A stretch of 64,000 nucleotides of DNA, from positions 39,806,001-39,870,000 of the forward strand of contig CM059432.1 of assembly GCA_030390025.1 (NCBI GenBank), given 5' to 3'. Each line of letters opens with the position of its first letter. The stretch's first letter is position 1. A model generated the notes under the pieces. The model did not search any database, was not told the origin of the DNA, and saw only the letters and a program-made list of their open reading frames with translations. Made by a program: the position numbers and the translations under genes. This DNA comes from Squalus acanthias (taxonomy: Eukaryota). Shown piece after piece: positions 25,026 through 38,187 of the stretch.

Positions 25026-26550
25026 TGTCAGCTGTTGCAAAGTGGCAAAACACTCCCTTCTGAGTCAGCAGGTTGTGGGTTCAAGTCCCACTCCAGAGAC
25101 TTGGTCCATGTGATCTCCTGGACTGAATGAATGCCGCACTGTCGCAGGTGCTTTTGTAAAATTCGTAATTATCGCGATTCGAAATAACGAGATAAAGCAG
25201 ATTCGTTTCATCAGTTTTATTTCAACGAAATGCTGTCATGATTAAACAGGACACAGAAGCCTGTAAAATGGCTGCCGCGCCTCGTGGCAGAAGCTTCCAG
25301 AATTTTCAGTGGGCAGACAAAATGGCGTTCGAATAAACATTTCAGTATAAGATTGGTTAATACGCAGCAAACACTGATAAAGACAGGATGCAACCTGTCT
25401 GCATTCGACACAATAGCAAAGATATAAGTGCTGGAATCATTTTCCATGCACAAGTAAGGACCATTGTAATGGGCAATCGAAGGCCCATCCAGATACATCA
25501 TTACGCAAATTCCCCACAGCTCTACAATGAGAGCGCCATTCTCGGGTACTTGCACAAGTATTCGGAGGCCCCCAAAACCCCGCCAGGGAGGCTCCTAGCC
25601 GGTTCGACAATGGGGAAAACATTAACGGATAGTTGGCCAGTTTAAGGTGCTACCGAAACCCATTAAAGGAAAGAATCACCCCATACTGGGAATTTTGAGC
25701 GCCAAGATTTTACAAAGGATGAACATTAAGATTTGGGCGGGAGATAAGGGAACACAGCACTATAACTATAGTGAACAAACGTCCATCTCTCTCTTATTCT
25801 CTCGGCTGGGGCTTATTCTCTTATTCCCTTGATTCGTGCTCTTATCTCTGCGGACTCTTGACTCAGGCTGAATTCTGCTGGACGAGCAGCCATCTGTTGC
25901 CTCTGGACTCTAGCTGTGCTGGTCGGTTACTCAAATGTTGGGTGGGGCTCAAACGGAACGAGTCACCTCGACGAAGGCCAGTGACCGGGCGCACCATCCC
26001 GAGGGTCGGTAAACGGTGTTCTGGACCCGAAGGCCCGAAGAGACGAGACGAGATGAGAAGAGAAGAAGAAGAATCCACGTGCATTACTGCTCTCGCACCT
26101 AAGTCCAGTGTTAGAACCGTAAGGGCGAGTGGGTCGAACCACTCACAGGTGCTTATTGCAACAAGGCTGGCCGGAGACCAGAGCAAGCAATAGTATTAGG
26201 CAACGAAGGCCTAACCCCGCACAAGCACCTACGACCGAACCCCTTACACTTTCTTTCGGATAAGACGTTAATCTGAGGCCCAGTCTGCCCTCTCAGGTGA
26301 GCGTAAAAGATGCCATGGCATTATTTTGAAGAAGAACAGGGGAGTTCTCACTGGCGTCTTGGCTAATATTTATCCATCAACCAACGCCAATAACAGGTTA
26401 TCTGCTCATTATCGCAATGCTGTTTTTGGGACCTTGCTGCACGCAAATTAGCTGCTGTGTTTCCTACATTACAACAGTGACTAAAGTATTTCATTGGCTG
26501 GAAAGCATTTTGGGACGTCCTGAGGTCATGAAAGGTGCAAGTCTTTTGTT
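25026..26550 (+). mobile_element. DeuSINE (SacSINE1-like) split by an LTR insertion
   Basis: Head 25026-25154 with B box ggttcaagtcc; Deu domain and tail 26249-26550; collinear with 55195-55660. Confidence 0.85.
25155..26248 (+). mobile_element. Solo LTR, 1094 bp
   Basis: TGTAA...TTACA termini, 4-bp TSD CTTT, GC box and TATA-like motif at ~25735-25766; homologous to 42112-43729; strand inferred. Confidence 0.85.
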
Positions 26551-26834
26551 CTTTCTTTAAAGATGCATGCTTCACGCAGGTGCATTTTAAGTTGGTCTCA
26601 GGAAAGGTGGAACTGGTGGAATTTCTAATAGGGGGGGGGGCGTTATCCCATCAGTCCTGCCTCTGAGTGGCCTCCCACCAGAATTTCAGAATGCAAAAAT
26701 AAGGGAGAGAGCCAGAAGAACTGCCCCAAATTCCAGCCACTCCACCATCCTTGTTCCACCCTCCTGAGCCCAGGAGTTTCAGGGTCTTAACTTTTATTAC
26801 CTCCATGATAGGCTACTATAATCATGTTAGATAA

Positions 26835-27000
26835 AAAAGAAAGAACTTGTACTTATATAGTGTCTTTAATGTCCTCAGGACATCCCAAAGTATTTTCCAG
26901 CCAATAAAGTACTTTTGAAGTTTAGTCACTGTTGTAATGTAAGGAAATGCAACAACCAATTTGAACACAGCAAGATCCCAGAAACAGGACGAAGATAAAC
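26835..27000 (-). mobile_element. DeuSINE 3' tail
   Basis: Reverse complement similarity to 55500-55660. Confidence 0.7.
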
Positions 27001-27344
27001 GACTGTCAGGAACGATTGTTCATTGTAGAGATAAAAAGGAATGCTGAAAATATGACATTTTATAATAAGAAAATGTTGGCAATTCACAGCAAGTCAATCA
27101 GCATTTGGTAGAGAAAAGATTAATATTTTTGATGTGGCCCTTCACCAAAACATGCAGGAACAGGCTGGAATTAAAGAGCAAGTCAGGACATGCCCAAGAG
27201 AGTAAATAAAGTAGGAGAGAACAACAGATACAGATCAAGAATTTAAATCTACAAACCACATTCACAAAGAGGCAGTGAATGGGTTTGAAAGCCTGTAAGC
27301 ACATTTTAAAATCATGGAAAGAAGTGTAAAGTACTGTATGCCAG

Positions 27345-28200
27345 AAATAAAAACCAGAAAATGCTAGAAATACTCAGCAGGTCGGGCAGCATCTGTAGAG
27401 AGAGAAACAGCGTTAACGTTTTAGGTCGATGACCTATCGTCAGAACTGGAAAAAGTTGGAGATGTAACAGGTTTTCAGCAAATACAGACACAGGGAAAGG
27501 CGGAAAGAACAAAAGGGAAGGTCTGGGATGGGTGGAAGGCAGGATTGATTAAATGACAAAAGGGATGACGGTGCGAGGCAAATGGGGATGGTAATGGGAC
27601 AAGTAAAGAAACAAAAGATGGGTCTAGAGGAGGTGTAAATGGCAATAGCAGAATCATTACCAACAGCTACTATCCAAAAAAATGAGAGTGGTGGTTATGA
27701 TCTGAAATTATTGAACTTAATGTTGAGTCCGGAAGGCTGTAAAGTGCCTAATCAAAAGATGAGGTGCTGTTCCTTGAGTATCTGTTGAGCTTCATTAGAA
27801 CAGTGTAAGAGGCCGAGGACAGAGAGGTCAGAGTAGGAGTGGGGCAGAGAATTAAAATGACAGGCGACCGGAAGCTCAGGGTCATGCTTGTGGACTGAAT
27901 GGAGATATTCCGCAAAGCGATCACCCAATCTGCATTTGGTCTTCCAGTGTAGAGGAGACCGCATCGTAAGCAGCAAATGCAGTATACTAAATTGAAAGAA
28001 GTACAAGTAAATCGCTGTTTCACCTGGAAGGAGTGTTTGGGGCCCTGGACAGTGGGAAGGGAGGAGGTAAAAGGGCAGGTGTTGTATCTCCTGCACTTGC
28101 ATAGGAAGGTGCCGTGGGAAGGGGAGCGGGTGTTGGGGTGATTGAGGAGTGGACCAGGGTGACGCAGAGAGAACGGTCCCTTCGGAATGCTGAAAGGGGA
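27345..28200 (-). mobile_element. Penelope-like element 3' part: GIY-YIG endonuclease plus pLTR
   Basis: FTCTSFNLVYCICCLRCGLLYTG, RLGDRFAEYL, PVACHFN, KEQHLIF; hammerhead motif ~27410-27447 with GAAA mutated to AAAA. Confidence 0.9.
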
Positions 28201-28442
28201 GAGAAGGGGAAGAATGACAGAGAGTAACCCAGATTGGTGTTAGAAATGCAAAAATGTGAGTAACAAAAATATTGAAAGGACAGAGGGGTGAGTTGAATGT
28301 GAATGATTTTCTTTCTCTTTCAAATGCTGATTTAATGTTTAAGGTAATGATTAGTGTTAAATTGTTAGTTCCTTTCTAACCTTTTTTATCCAGGTTATTT
28401 TGTCTCTTTTATCTTAATTCACTCTCATACTCAACTCCCAAC

Positions 28443-28583
28443 TTTCCATATTTCAAGAGTGTCTGATCTCGCTTTGAGCTCCATGTGAGCTTTCAGTAAT
28501 GTGACCAGGGAATGAACAGCAAACCCTGCCTGGTAATTATTTTGCGCTTCTGAACTTATTCCTTCATATGATCTCACTTCAGT
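28443..28583 (-). pseudogene. Candidate exon of unidentified host gene
   Basis: 141 nt, AG/GT bounded, open: TEVRSYEGISSEAQNNYQAGFAVHSLVTLLKAHMELKARSDTLEIWK. Confidence 0.35.
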
Positions 28584-28671
28584 CTTTGAAAATGATACAG
28601 CTATACATCAGATCTTGTTTTATGCTTAAAATAGCTAGCTAATTTATTTTACGAAAGAAGGAGAAACACAT

Positions 28672-29290
28672 AGGCTGCGATTTTATTAATGGAGGCGGGT
28701 TGGGTGCGGGTCAGGTGATTTCTGGCTTCCAGTCCCGCCCCCAGCTGCATCCGGTCCACAGACGTGATTTTGCCTTGATTGACCTTGTTAAGCCCGCCCT
28801 GCGGGCTTGCTGGCCAATTAACAGGAAGCGGGTCAGATTACGTCATTTGATGACGCGTCATCTGCTGGTTTCCTTAAAGGGACCATGCACAATTTTATTT
28901 TGATAGTTGATTTCTCAGTGTTTGACAGCATGGAGGTGCTGAAAACACTGACAATCACTGCACAAAGGTGAACTCTTGCACCCAGGCTCTCCAATGACTC
29001 CCTCCATAGGCTGGAATAGATGGCAGCTGCAGGTGAGGTGACAGAAGCGATCTGTCACTGGTGAGAGAGGTTCTCCCAATGAGGCGACACTGGACATGGA
29101 TTTAAAATCTTGTAACCTAAAGAAATGTGTAAATGTATTAAAAATGCAGTACCCAACATTTTCTTTCCTCTGAGACTCACCATGTGCAACATTGGATCCT
29201 TCACACCACTGTCATCAATCCAGAAATATTACAGCAGATTCACAACACGCCACACTTACCTGACGTGGTGTCCGGACGTCGGGAAACCCG
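28672..29290. mobile_element. Non-autonomous Harbinger-derived element, truncated
   Basis: Collinear with 45121-45740 (cagaagcgatctgtcactggtgagagaggttctcccaatgagg). Confidence 0.7.
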
Positions 29291-29321
29291 AGCCAGTGGA
29301 CAAGATAATATAAAAGGTACA

Positions 29322-29447
29322 AAAGAAATATCGTGCAGATGCTGGAAATCTGAAATAAAAACGGAAAATGTTGGAAACACTCAGCAGGTCAGGGAGCCTC
29401 TGTGGAGAGAGAAACAGGGTTAACGTTTCAGGTTGATGACCTTTCAA
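29322..29447 (-). mobile_element. Penelope-like pLTR fragment
   Basis: Same sequence as the 2016, 38188 and 47105 copies; hammerhead 5' box lost. Confidence 0.8.
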
Positions 29448-29708
29448 CAGATAGTATAAAAGATTGCCTCTCTGAGAACTAATAATTTGTAAATAACTTT
29501 TAAAATACACCGTGTTTCTCCTTTTTTTAAGGAATATTAAACTGGTATTGCTTCGTTGTTTCTCTGAAATTTCAAACCTCCTCGTCTTGTGGGATTTTCC
29601 AACTGCCACTTATTTAAACAGAAAAGTCTTTTATATATCTCTGGTGAAGAGTTGCCAGGACATCCTGTACTTTGAATATTTGGCTAGTCAAATTTAAGAA
29701 AGAACTGT

Positions 29709-29915
29709 CATAGAATCATAGAATGGTTACAGCACGGAAGGCGGCCATTTGACCCGTCGAGCCCGTGCCGACTCTCAACTCGTCCCACTCCCCTGCCCTT
29801 TCCCTGTAGCCCTGCAATTTTTTTCCTTCGGATACTTATTCAACTCCCTTTTGAAAGAGAAGATTGAGTCTGCCTCCACCACCCTTTCAGGCAGTGCATT
29901 CCAGATCTTAACCAC
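29709..29915 (-). mobile_element. CR1 3' tail
   Basis: catagaatcatagaatggttacagcacggaaggcggccatt. Confidence 0.8.
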
Positions 29916-30065
29916 CCTCATATACAGATTTGAACCAATCACCCTGCACTGTCTAAGTTTGAATTATATCATTGGAGGCTGTAACAAATAAGCCTGCAAC
30001 ATTGCATTAAAGCAAATTTGGTACAAGAATGTGAACTGATGTATTTTTTTTTTAAACTGGTTTAC

Positions 30066-30185
30066 CTTCTGCTCAAGATATACCAGGTTCCAGTATAACA
30101 TGGGGAGATGGAGGCAGAACCTTCTCAAGAGGCAATCCACCAAGATTTTCCATTGGAAGTGACAGAGGACTTGCATCACATCTGC
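30066..30185 (-). pseudogene. Candidate exon of unidentified host gene
   Basis: 120 nt, tatag acceptor, AAG|gtaaac donor; frame ambiguous (ADVMQVLCHFQWKILVD...EQK open, or ...MENLGGLPLEKVLPPSPHVILEPGIS*AE). Confidence 0.35.
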
Positions 30186-30224
30186 CTATATATGAATATA
30201 TTGTAATACTATGCAAATTATGAC

Positions 30225-31440
30225 ATATGCTTATGGAGGGAGTCACAGCACACAGGGAGGTTCTCATCCCTTCCCATGGGTAGAAGAGACCTTCCCAGGA
30301 GATCAACGCAGCCTGGTTGCTCATTGCACAGGAGGACACAAGCAGGGATGTCGTCAGGCGGACCAGGCTGCTGTGGCGCAAACCTTTCAATGATCTGAGC
30401 AGATCACGAAACATTACTGCCAAGCCACACTCAACCTCATCCTGCTGTGTCACTCATCACATCCCCATCACTCTGCCTTCCCTACCCTACTCCTGCACAT
30501 CCTTACTCACACCAACTTACCTTGCACCTCCACCCATCCCTCTCTATCTACATTATCATTTCCCCATCTCACTATCCACCCCTCACACTCACCCTCAACC
30601 TACTGCAAGCATACCAACTAACAACACACAAGGGTAGGCACCTGGGTGGTTTAGCCAATTTCTGTGTGAAGTTTCTGCTAATGTGTTGTCAAACATTAAA
30701 ATCTATATTTTCAACACCTTACCTTATTGGACAGATCTGTGCTCATCTTTGGAAGTGTCTTAGTGAGTTCCAGTGAATGTTGAGGCATAACTTCCCCCAC
30801 CCCCCAATTGTGATGAGTGTGAAAGGAATGGCTTGGACATTGTAGGGATGCTTTATGGTGCTGGTGTGGGGTGGTGTCAACCTGGTGCATCATGTGGCAG
30901 CCAGGGTGTACAGCGTCAAGTGAAGTAAATCTGGCCATGGTGATGCCATCGCTGGCCTCCCGGGCAGCAATGTTGTGGGGAGCTAATGCCTTGTGTCCTG
31001 TGCAGCATCAGGTGATTGTGAAGAAGGTTGGTATTGTTGTTGGTGATGTTGGTGTGCCTGGTGATGTTGGTGCTGGGGCTGATCGTGGAGGGGTTCAGAG
31101 GACCAAGGTGAGATTTTTTCAAGGGCACCGATGTTACTGGAATAGATGGCAGCTGAAGTTGAGATGACAGAAGCGATCTGTCAATGGTGAGAGAGCTTGC
31201 TCCAAGGAGGTGACAGTGGAGAGTTTACTACAAACACTTCAAAACTGCATAAAGCTCAAAAGTGTCTTCCAAGTCCTGAAGGCTCAAGCTTCTGACATTG
31301 GAAAGTGACCAGCTGTGAAATGTTAGCTTTCACACCACTTTTGCAGCTGTCACCTATTCACAGCAATGGGGAGACATAGAGAACCCGACCTACTTAGCTG
31401 ACGTGATCTCCGAACGACGTGAACCCCGTTAAAAAAGTGG
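30225..31440 (+). mobile_element. Degenerate Harbinger relic with Myb/SANT exon 1 remnant
   Basis: MEGVTAHREVL...AWLLIAQE...RKPFNDLSRS resembles 50211-50447; 31140-31240 matches the 28672/45121 family. Confidence 0.65.
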
Positions 31441-31454
31441 GAAAATAGAAATAG

Positions 31455-31965
31455 GCTGTCCTCGGCCTCCTACACTGTTCCAATGAAGCTCAACGGAAGC
31501 TCGAGAAACTACACCTCAGCTGTTGATTAGGCACTTTACAGCCTTCCGGACTTAACATCGAGTTCAACAATTTCAAATCATAACCATTGCTTCCATTTTT
31601 TCGGACAGCAGGTGCTGGCAATGATTCTGCTGTTACCATTTACAGCTCCTCTAGACCCATCTTTCATTTCTTTGCTTGTCCCATTATAACCTCCTTTTGT
31701 CTTGCAACATCATCCCTTTTGTCATTTAATCAATTTTGCCTTCCACTGTATAACAGACCTTCCCTTTTGTTCTGTCCTCCCCTCCCCCACCTTTCCCTGC
31801 CTCTGTACTTGCTTAAAACCTGATACATCTCTAACATTTTCCAGTTCTGATGAAAGTTTAGACCTGAAACGTTAACTCTGTTTCTCTCTCCACAGATGCT
31901 GCCTGACCTGCTGAGAATTGCCAGCATTTTCTGTTTATATTTCAGATTTCTGGCATCCACAGTAT
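31455..31965 (+). mobile_element. Penelope-like 3' end with hammerhead motif (~31843-31877)
   Basis: Reverse-complement match to 27345-27830; agtt-CTGATGA...GAAACGTT-aact with damaged stem II. Confidence 0.85.
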
Positions 31966-33633
31966 TGTATTGTATTCTTCAAGGTATTCTTAGATATAAA
32001 AAGTACATTTCCAAGCATTAGATTTCTACATAAATAAATAATAGAACACTTCAGAACTCTTTCTATAAGATAACAGCCAGGTGTACAAAAATCAAAAATA
32101 AGTTTAGAACTAGTGACACATTTGTTCTTTTTTAAACTGGTTGAACTTTGTGCTTAAGTATCCATTCTGGAGACTAGAACAGTTTTGATTTTCAGCAATC
32201 AATGTCACCATCCCAAGTCAACTCTAAAATGAGTTTTGATGCAAAGTTTAGGTTCCTCTACGCTTCCCAACAATCCTCCTTATCCCGAACACCGAAAGAA
32301 CATTCCCTACTGTACTAGCTTATCACAAACATTCAGAGGACTTTTTCTACTTTACTAGCTTCTCCCAAAAATTGGAAGAACATTCCCTACTGTACTATTA
32401 TGACATTTCTCACTCCAACAATCCATTTGTTCTTTGAGTGAGCTATAGCCTTTAGCGCTGCATTATACACAGTTGCATGCTGTGGATTTGTGCCTATTAG
32501 GAACTAGATTGAAACTTCAAACTCTTTTGTTTGGGTCCCTCAAGCTCTTTAAAGGAGGAAGTATTCTTGTCTAGCTTCAAGCCTGTGTTTAAAAATGCTA
32601 GAGTTTGAAAATCCTGGGCCTCATTCCACTGCCAGAAGTGTGACAGAGCGGACGTCAGCGACCTCTATTCCTGATGCTGTCAAGGTGTCTGGGGTCAGGA
32701 GACGTCACTAATTGGCACTCACTCATGGGCACATCTTGGTGGGAAAGATGACAGGAAAAATGACACCTTAGCTAGCCACTAATGCAGCTTGCAGCATCTC
32801 AGGTACAATCAGCTATATTTTTTAATGCTCAATTGGCCCCTTTTGCAAGGAGCCAATTAAACTGTCATGGAGGTAATATTTTTTTGGGGGGGTGTGTGTC
32901 CTGATCCCAAGGGAGGCTCACATCCAGCGCCGAAAGTGCCTGTAGGCCAGGGTCATCCTGAAGTCCACAGCACTCGAGCTTAAGGAGGCCAGGACTGAGG
33001 AAATTCCTGGCTTGGGAATTCCATCTTCCCAGCCTCACTCCCTCGGACACGATTGGCCATCTTTAGGGCAAATGGAGGTTTTGCCTCAAACAGACGCTGA
33101 CTGAAACTCACTCACTGGGGCTGTGTATCTGGATCCCAGGGATTTTCTGCCCCCTCCACTGCACTCCAGGTGGATTTATACAGAATGGCCAACTGAGCCC
33201 TGCAGACACTCAGGCCATAGTGTTGGACTCTCTGTACTCCAATTCATCTACTGTTTTCATTATCCGAAATGTGTATTCCTTCACCTTGAAATGGGTCTTA
33301 GGTCAAAACACTAAGAGGTTTAGTCCTTGGACTACAATTTCAGAACACAGAGTACTTACTACCAGAATCATTACTGGCCTTCAACACTAAACAATATCTG
33401 TATTTAGTCATTATAATCAGTTACCAATGTGTTGTCATTTTAGTACATTCTCAATCTGATTACATTGCATGTTTATTTTAAAATAGATTAGACAGAGGAA
33501 GTGTTTTCATTTCAGTATCACTGGAACGTGTTGTTTCAATATATGTGTAACACAGTACTGCTGTAAGGGGAATATAGCAACAGACTTGTCCATGAGGTTA
33601 ATAAATAAATGGTTGATTTTTTTTAAACTTTTA

Positions 33634-34526
33634 GGGGTAAAAATTCACTTGGTTGCGCCACCCGTTAGCGCCTTAAGAGGGCGCTAATGGGGCGCAAAGC
33701 CGCTAACGCCCGGGCGCAGCGATGTTTGCGCCGCTCGAGAACTTAACTTGAGATTGTGCGGCGGCGCTAAAACTTACCGCTGCGACCACCTGCGCGCGCA
33801 GATTGTGACGTCATTCCATGGTGCAACGCCCTTGGGGCGCCCCGTAGCGGAAATTGAGTGGCGCCCCCTGCCTTACCGCCTGGCGCATCCAACGACCAGA
33901 AGACTGGAACGCTATCAATCGCTGTGGGGCTGGGGGGAGCGCTATTTAAAGGGGGCCTCTTCCTGTCTTTTATTGTTGGTGGCATTTTTGAACTACGCAT
34001 TCTGAGAGATAGAGGGAGAGACTTCTGGAGAGATTCAACGTTGTGTGAAGGAGTTTTGGGTACTGAGCAGCACTTTGCAGGTTCATTTTGATTTGCCATT
34101 CCTTGTATCGATTTAGCAGAGACCGTGGGAGCTGCACTCTGAGCTCTTTGCCTGGTGCTCTCCATTGTTCTTTCCAGCACATTTGATGTGCAAGTCTCTC
34201 CAGGCCGAGATTCAAGGCAGCAATGAACAAGATGTGGATGGAAAGCAAGATTAACCATCCCCTTTAAGAACTGGCCCGTGCCATTGTGTGTGTGTTCCAT
34301 TGCTGACTGACATTACATGAGCTTCGCCAGCGCTCCGAGTTAGCGCCTCACTGCTCGGCCTTTGCGCCTTAAGAGAGGTGTGCAGCGCCTGCTTTAGCGC
34401 TCCACTCACCTCCCGGGGCGGTAAAAGTGAAGTTTCCCGTCAGTGCCGATAATTAGCGCCAGGCGCTAATATTTGCGTCCGGACGATATTTGCGCCCCAA
34501 ATGGGGCGCGACCTAATTTCTACCCC
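33634..34526. mobile_element. Non-autonomous deletion derivative of the Harbinger family at 49854-54145, opposite orientation
   Basis: TSD TTA; TIR GGGGTAAAAATT / AATTTCTACCCC; both arms align to the autonomous ends. Confidence 0.95.
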
Positions 34527-34598
34527 TTAGTTTTTTTGACTTCTATTTACTTTAAGCTTTTCATCTTTTCCTATTTTCTTTGTTATTTTTGCGCATAC

Positions 34599-34828
34599 AT
34601 TGCATAAATGTCACGACAGGTGCATGAATTGAAACCCAGAAGAAGCATGGAATGGCAATGCAATATACCAGTGCATGATGCCATCGAATGGTGAAGTTTC
34701 CAAGCCTCCACACAACATTCATTGCACGGTGAACTTATAATCCTGGTTGGGCCATTTGGAGACATGCTGTGCAGATTGAAGCACTCCCAACAGGCAGGAG
34801 AATTAGTGGAGGAATCGCATCCTGGTAT
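34599..34828 (-). pseudogene. Candidate decayed exon of unidentified host gene
   Basis: tttctcttaaagcag acceptor, T|gtatgc donor; YQDAIPPLILLPVGSASICTACLQMAQPGL*VHRAMNVVWRLGNFTIRW...VVTFMQ; another frame is open but Cys/Ser-rich. Confidence 0.4.
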
Positions 34829-34969
34829 CTGCTTTAAGAGAAACAAATGCTACATGTTGTTCGCAGGCTGCTTATTGCCTACTCAACTGACTGTGTGGAA
34901 AAGGGGAGCTAAAGATGAGAGAAATACAAAGTAACAAAAGGTCCTAAGGTAATTCACAGAGGGACTGAT

Positions 34970-35810
34970 TGCATACAGAACTGGAAGAGTTTGGATTGGT
35001 GACCAAAAACATGCATGAAGAAATGACTTTTAAGGAGGATTTGAAGGTGGGGAGATGTGACAAGCTGAAGAGGTTAAGTTTAATTTGTATAGAGTCATTA
35101 ACATAAAAATTATCCAAGACACTTCATAATTAGGCATTTGGAAAACAGTTGACAAGCCAGAAAAGGAGAGATTGAGAGGGGTGATTTTAAAGATCACCCA
35201 TTATCTAACTGAATGACGGAACAGGCTTGAGAGGCTGAATGGCCTACTCCTGTTCCTATTTTCCTAAAGCTTAGTTAAACAGATAGATTTTGAGAAGGCT
35301 TTCAAAGGAGTGACAGGTGGAGAGGCATAGAGGTTTAGGGAGAGAATTCCAGCGGGTAGGACCCAGGGCCTGCTGCCAATGCTAAAGCAAAGGGAGGGGA
35401 GAAAAAGCACAAGATGATGGAGTGAGGAATGGAGAGTTAGGGAGTGATATAGGACTGGAGAAAGTTACAGAGTAGGAAGGGGTGGTGGTGGGGGAAATAG
35501 GCCATGGAGGGATTTGTAAATGAAGATAAGGTTTTTCAAATTAATCAGTTGGGGCACAAATGAGTCAGTGGAGGCCAGTGAGGACTGAAATGATGAGCGA
35601 CAATAACTTGATATGGCAGAAGATGCAGACAGCAGAGTTTGAGTCTGTGTGGGTGCAGCTTGGAAAGCAAGCTAGAAAGTGTCAAGCCTGGAGCTATCAA
35701 AGGTACAGATGAGGATATCAGCAGTGGTGTGTGTAAGGAAAGGATGTTGTAAGCGGGGGGTGAGCGGAGTTGATGTACGACGAGACAATAGGTAGTCTTG
35801 GTGATAGACT
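34970..35810 (-). mobile_element. Old L2-like fragments with a short CR1 tail (~35195-35265, +)
   Basis: gagagaattccagcgggtagg and ggccatggagggatttgtaa are L2-type reverse segments. Confidence 0.5.
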
Positions 35811-37499
35811 GCACGGCTCCGATATCAACTCTAAGGCGTGTTCAGAGCAGGGGGGTGGTGGGAAGGGAGACCGATATCATGTGGGAAGCGCAGAAGTAAT
35901 TTCAGCATGTCTGTCTGTGGTATTTTAACACAGCCACCTCATTATAATATTACTTCCGGGTTTGGCATTGAATGCGCGGCAGTGGGCGTGCTGTGGACCC
36001 GCATGACGCAATCTCAACTCAAGTATTTAAAGCGCCAATCCAAAGATGGAATTTGGAGGAGTTGGGAGGTTTTGCACAGAGACAGCAATTGGAGAAGGTG
36101 GGCCCAAGGCCGCATCCCACTTTAACAATGCTTAATGTACCACTGGGGGTAATGAGGAGTCGGACAGAGATACTCTTCCGCAGCAATGGGAGGAAGAAAG
36201 CTGCTGCTGCTACCAAGAAGGGGTGGTTGGATGTGGCCTAGGAAGTCAGCAGCAGGAGCATTGTGCCACACTCCTGGCTTCAGTGAAGGAAGCGCTTTAA
36301 TTACCTAACCAGGTCAGGAAAGGCGAGTACAGTTGCACATTCACCTACGTCCTGTTTTGCACATCACAACCCCCCCCTCTCACTCTGTTTTGTCAAGTCT
36401 ACTCCATCACATCACTTCTCACACCCACTTACCTTGCAAGCGCACCCACCCTTCTCTTTCTGTGCACTTCCTCATCCCCATCTATCCATCCACCACTGCC
36501 ACTCACCCTCATCCTTATGCAATTTCCCACCTCTCCCTGATAGTCACCTTCACCAAATGCACTTCATCCATCCAGTGAAAACATGCCATTACAGTCTGCT
36601 CTTTTCCCCCTTGCAGGAGAAGAGTGCAGAACACTAAGGAAAGGGAGAGAAGCAAAAGTAATCCTCCACAGATCTCATAGCTGACAACTGCAGAGGAGGA
36701 AGCGCTGGAGACCAATGGCGTCTTGGTGTCCCTGGCCATCGGAGATGTGGACCTCCCAGCTACCTGGTGACAGAATTAAATATCATCCACCCACTTGTCA
36801 TACAACACTCAGTCATGTTGACTTGATTTCAGCAGCGAATGAAATATGATCATTTCCATAATGATAAGTTGCAACATTCTTACCTTGCCAGTACTAATTC
36901 ATATCTTTTCTCTCCACCAGGGCCTTCACGCGTACAGCAGCAGTCGGTGGACCTCATGGATGACAAATCCTCAGAAGAGCTGGTTCCCTCTGAGGGTGCA
37001 CCATCACAGGACTCGTGCTTACCATGCACCAGCGCAGATACTCGCACTTCGGTGGGTCCAGTTAGACAGATAGTTGGGTTTTCATCTGGTGACTCACAGT
37101 TCACAAGTGAGCACGAGCAGGCAGTGGTGGCAGGGACAGCTGTGGAGAGTCCTCATCAGAGGCCGCAGCCCTCTCCAAGCTCTGCTCAGTTGGGCACAGG
37201 TGCTGTACCCCAAGAGCGGTCGATGAAAAGGATAATCATTGAGGGACAGCATGAAATCTGCATAGTACTGACAGGACTTCCATGCACAGTGTCCATGATT
37301 GCAGAGAGAATGGAGTCGTCCACCTCAAGCATCAGTGGGATGATGTTGCAGGGCATTGCGAGGATGTCTTCTTCCATGGATAGAGTGGCAAACTCCGTAG
37401 AACATCAATCACGGCAATCAAATGAGTCCATGCAGGCCTTGACCACAGCCGTGCAGACACTGGATGCCAATATATCTGGTGCTTTAAATAGGATGACAG

Positions 37500-37777
37500 T
37501 GTTGTGGCTGCCGCGAAGCACGAATTGAGGCCGAGTCAATATGTGGAGCACATGGCTTTTAATTACATACTCCTTGGCAAAATGGCTGCTACAACTTCTC
37601 TCTGCAAAACCCTACTGGTTGAGGGCGACGCCCGCTCTTTTTAAGTTCACACTGAGGGTGACGCCCACTCCTTTTTTCATGCCTTAAAGGCAGCATGTGC
37701 CTTAAAGGCAAGGTGCCCGATTTATTGTCCATGGACGGAAAGGTGGATTGCGCCCGTTTAGGTGGCAATCCGCCACA
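37500..37777. mobile_element. 278-bp solo LTR (Gypsy-like)
   Basis: TG...CA termini, 4-bp TSD ACAG; removal restores NRMTDTLALVLEHITDL frame. Confidence 0.75.
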
Positions 37778-38187
37778 ACAGACACCTTAGCCTTGGTCTT
37801 AGAGCACATCACTGATCTGGACCAAGCTGCTCTCCAGCAGAGTGGTAGGAGTGAAGTGCAGTTGGCCCATGAGAGGGATGATAGTGAAAGGGCACATTGA
37901 AGTGGAGGTTTCACGCAAAGCGCTCCCACTTCTCACCCGTTGCCTCCCTCCCCCCAAGCCAGTAACCGACCTGCTATCTCCTCTCCCACTGGCCAAGTCT
38001 GCCCCTGCACAGGTGCAGGTAAAGCAGTCTTTGGCAGAGCCCTCATGGGCTCCAACACCCACAGGTAGTTGGCCAGGAGCATCTCAGCAGTCACAGTAGG
38101 GATCTGAGCAGCCTGCCTCAAACTCTGCTGAAGCCACAGGGGTTGCACCACATAGGAGCAGTAAGAAAAGGAAGAGTGAAGCTTTGT

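Noticed and set aside
26084..26150. Twister or HDV-like ribozyme in the LTR
   Set aside because: Minus strand has CUAACACUG, but the remaining conserved residues and pseudoknots are absent and the second LTR breaks the motif
32296..32397. 22-bp direct repeat aagaacattccctactgtacta
   Set aside because: Only two copies 80 bp apart; most simply a local duplication or a TSD around a short filler
33748..34300. ORFs shared with 53706-54031
   Set aside because: Similarity reflects non-coding transposon ends, not a conserved protein
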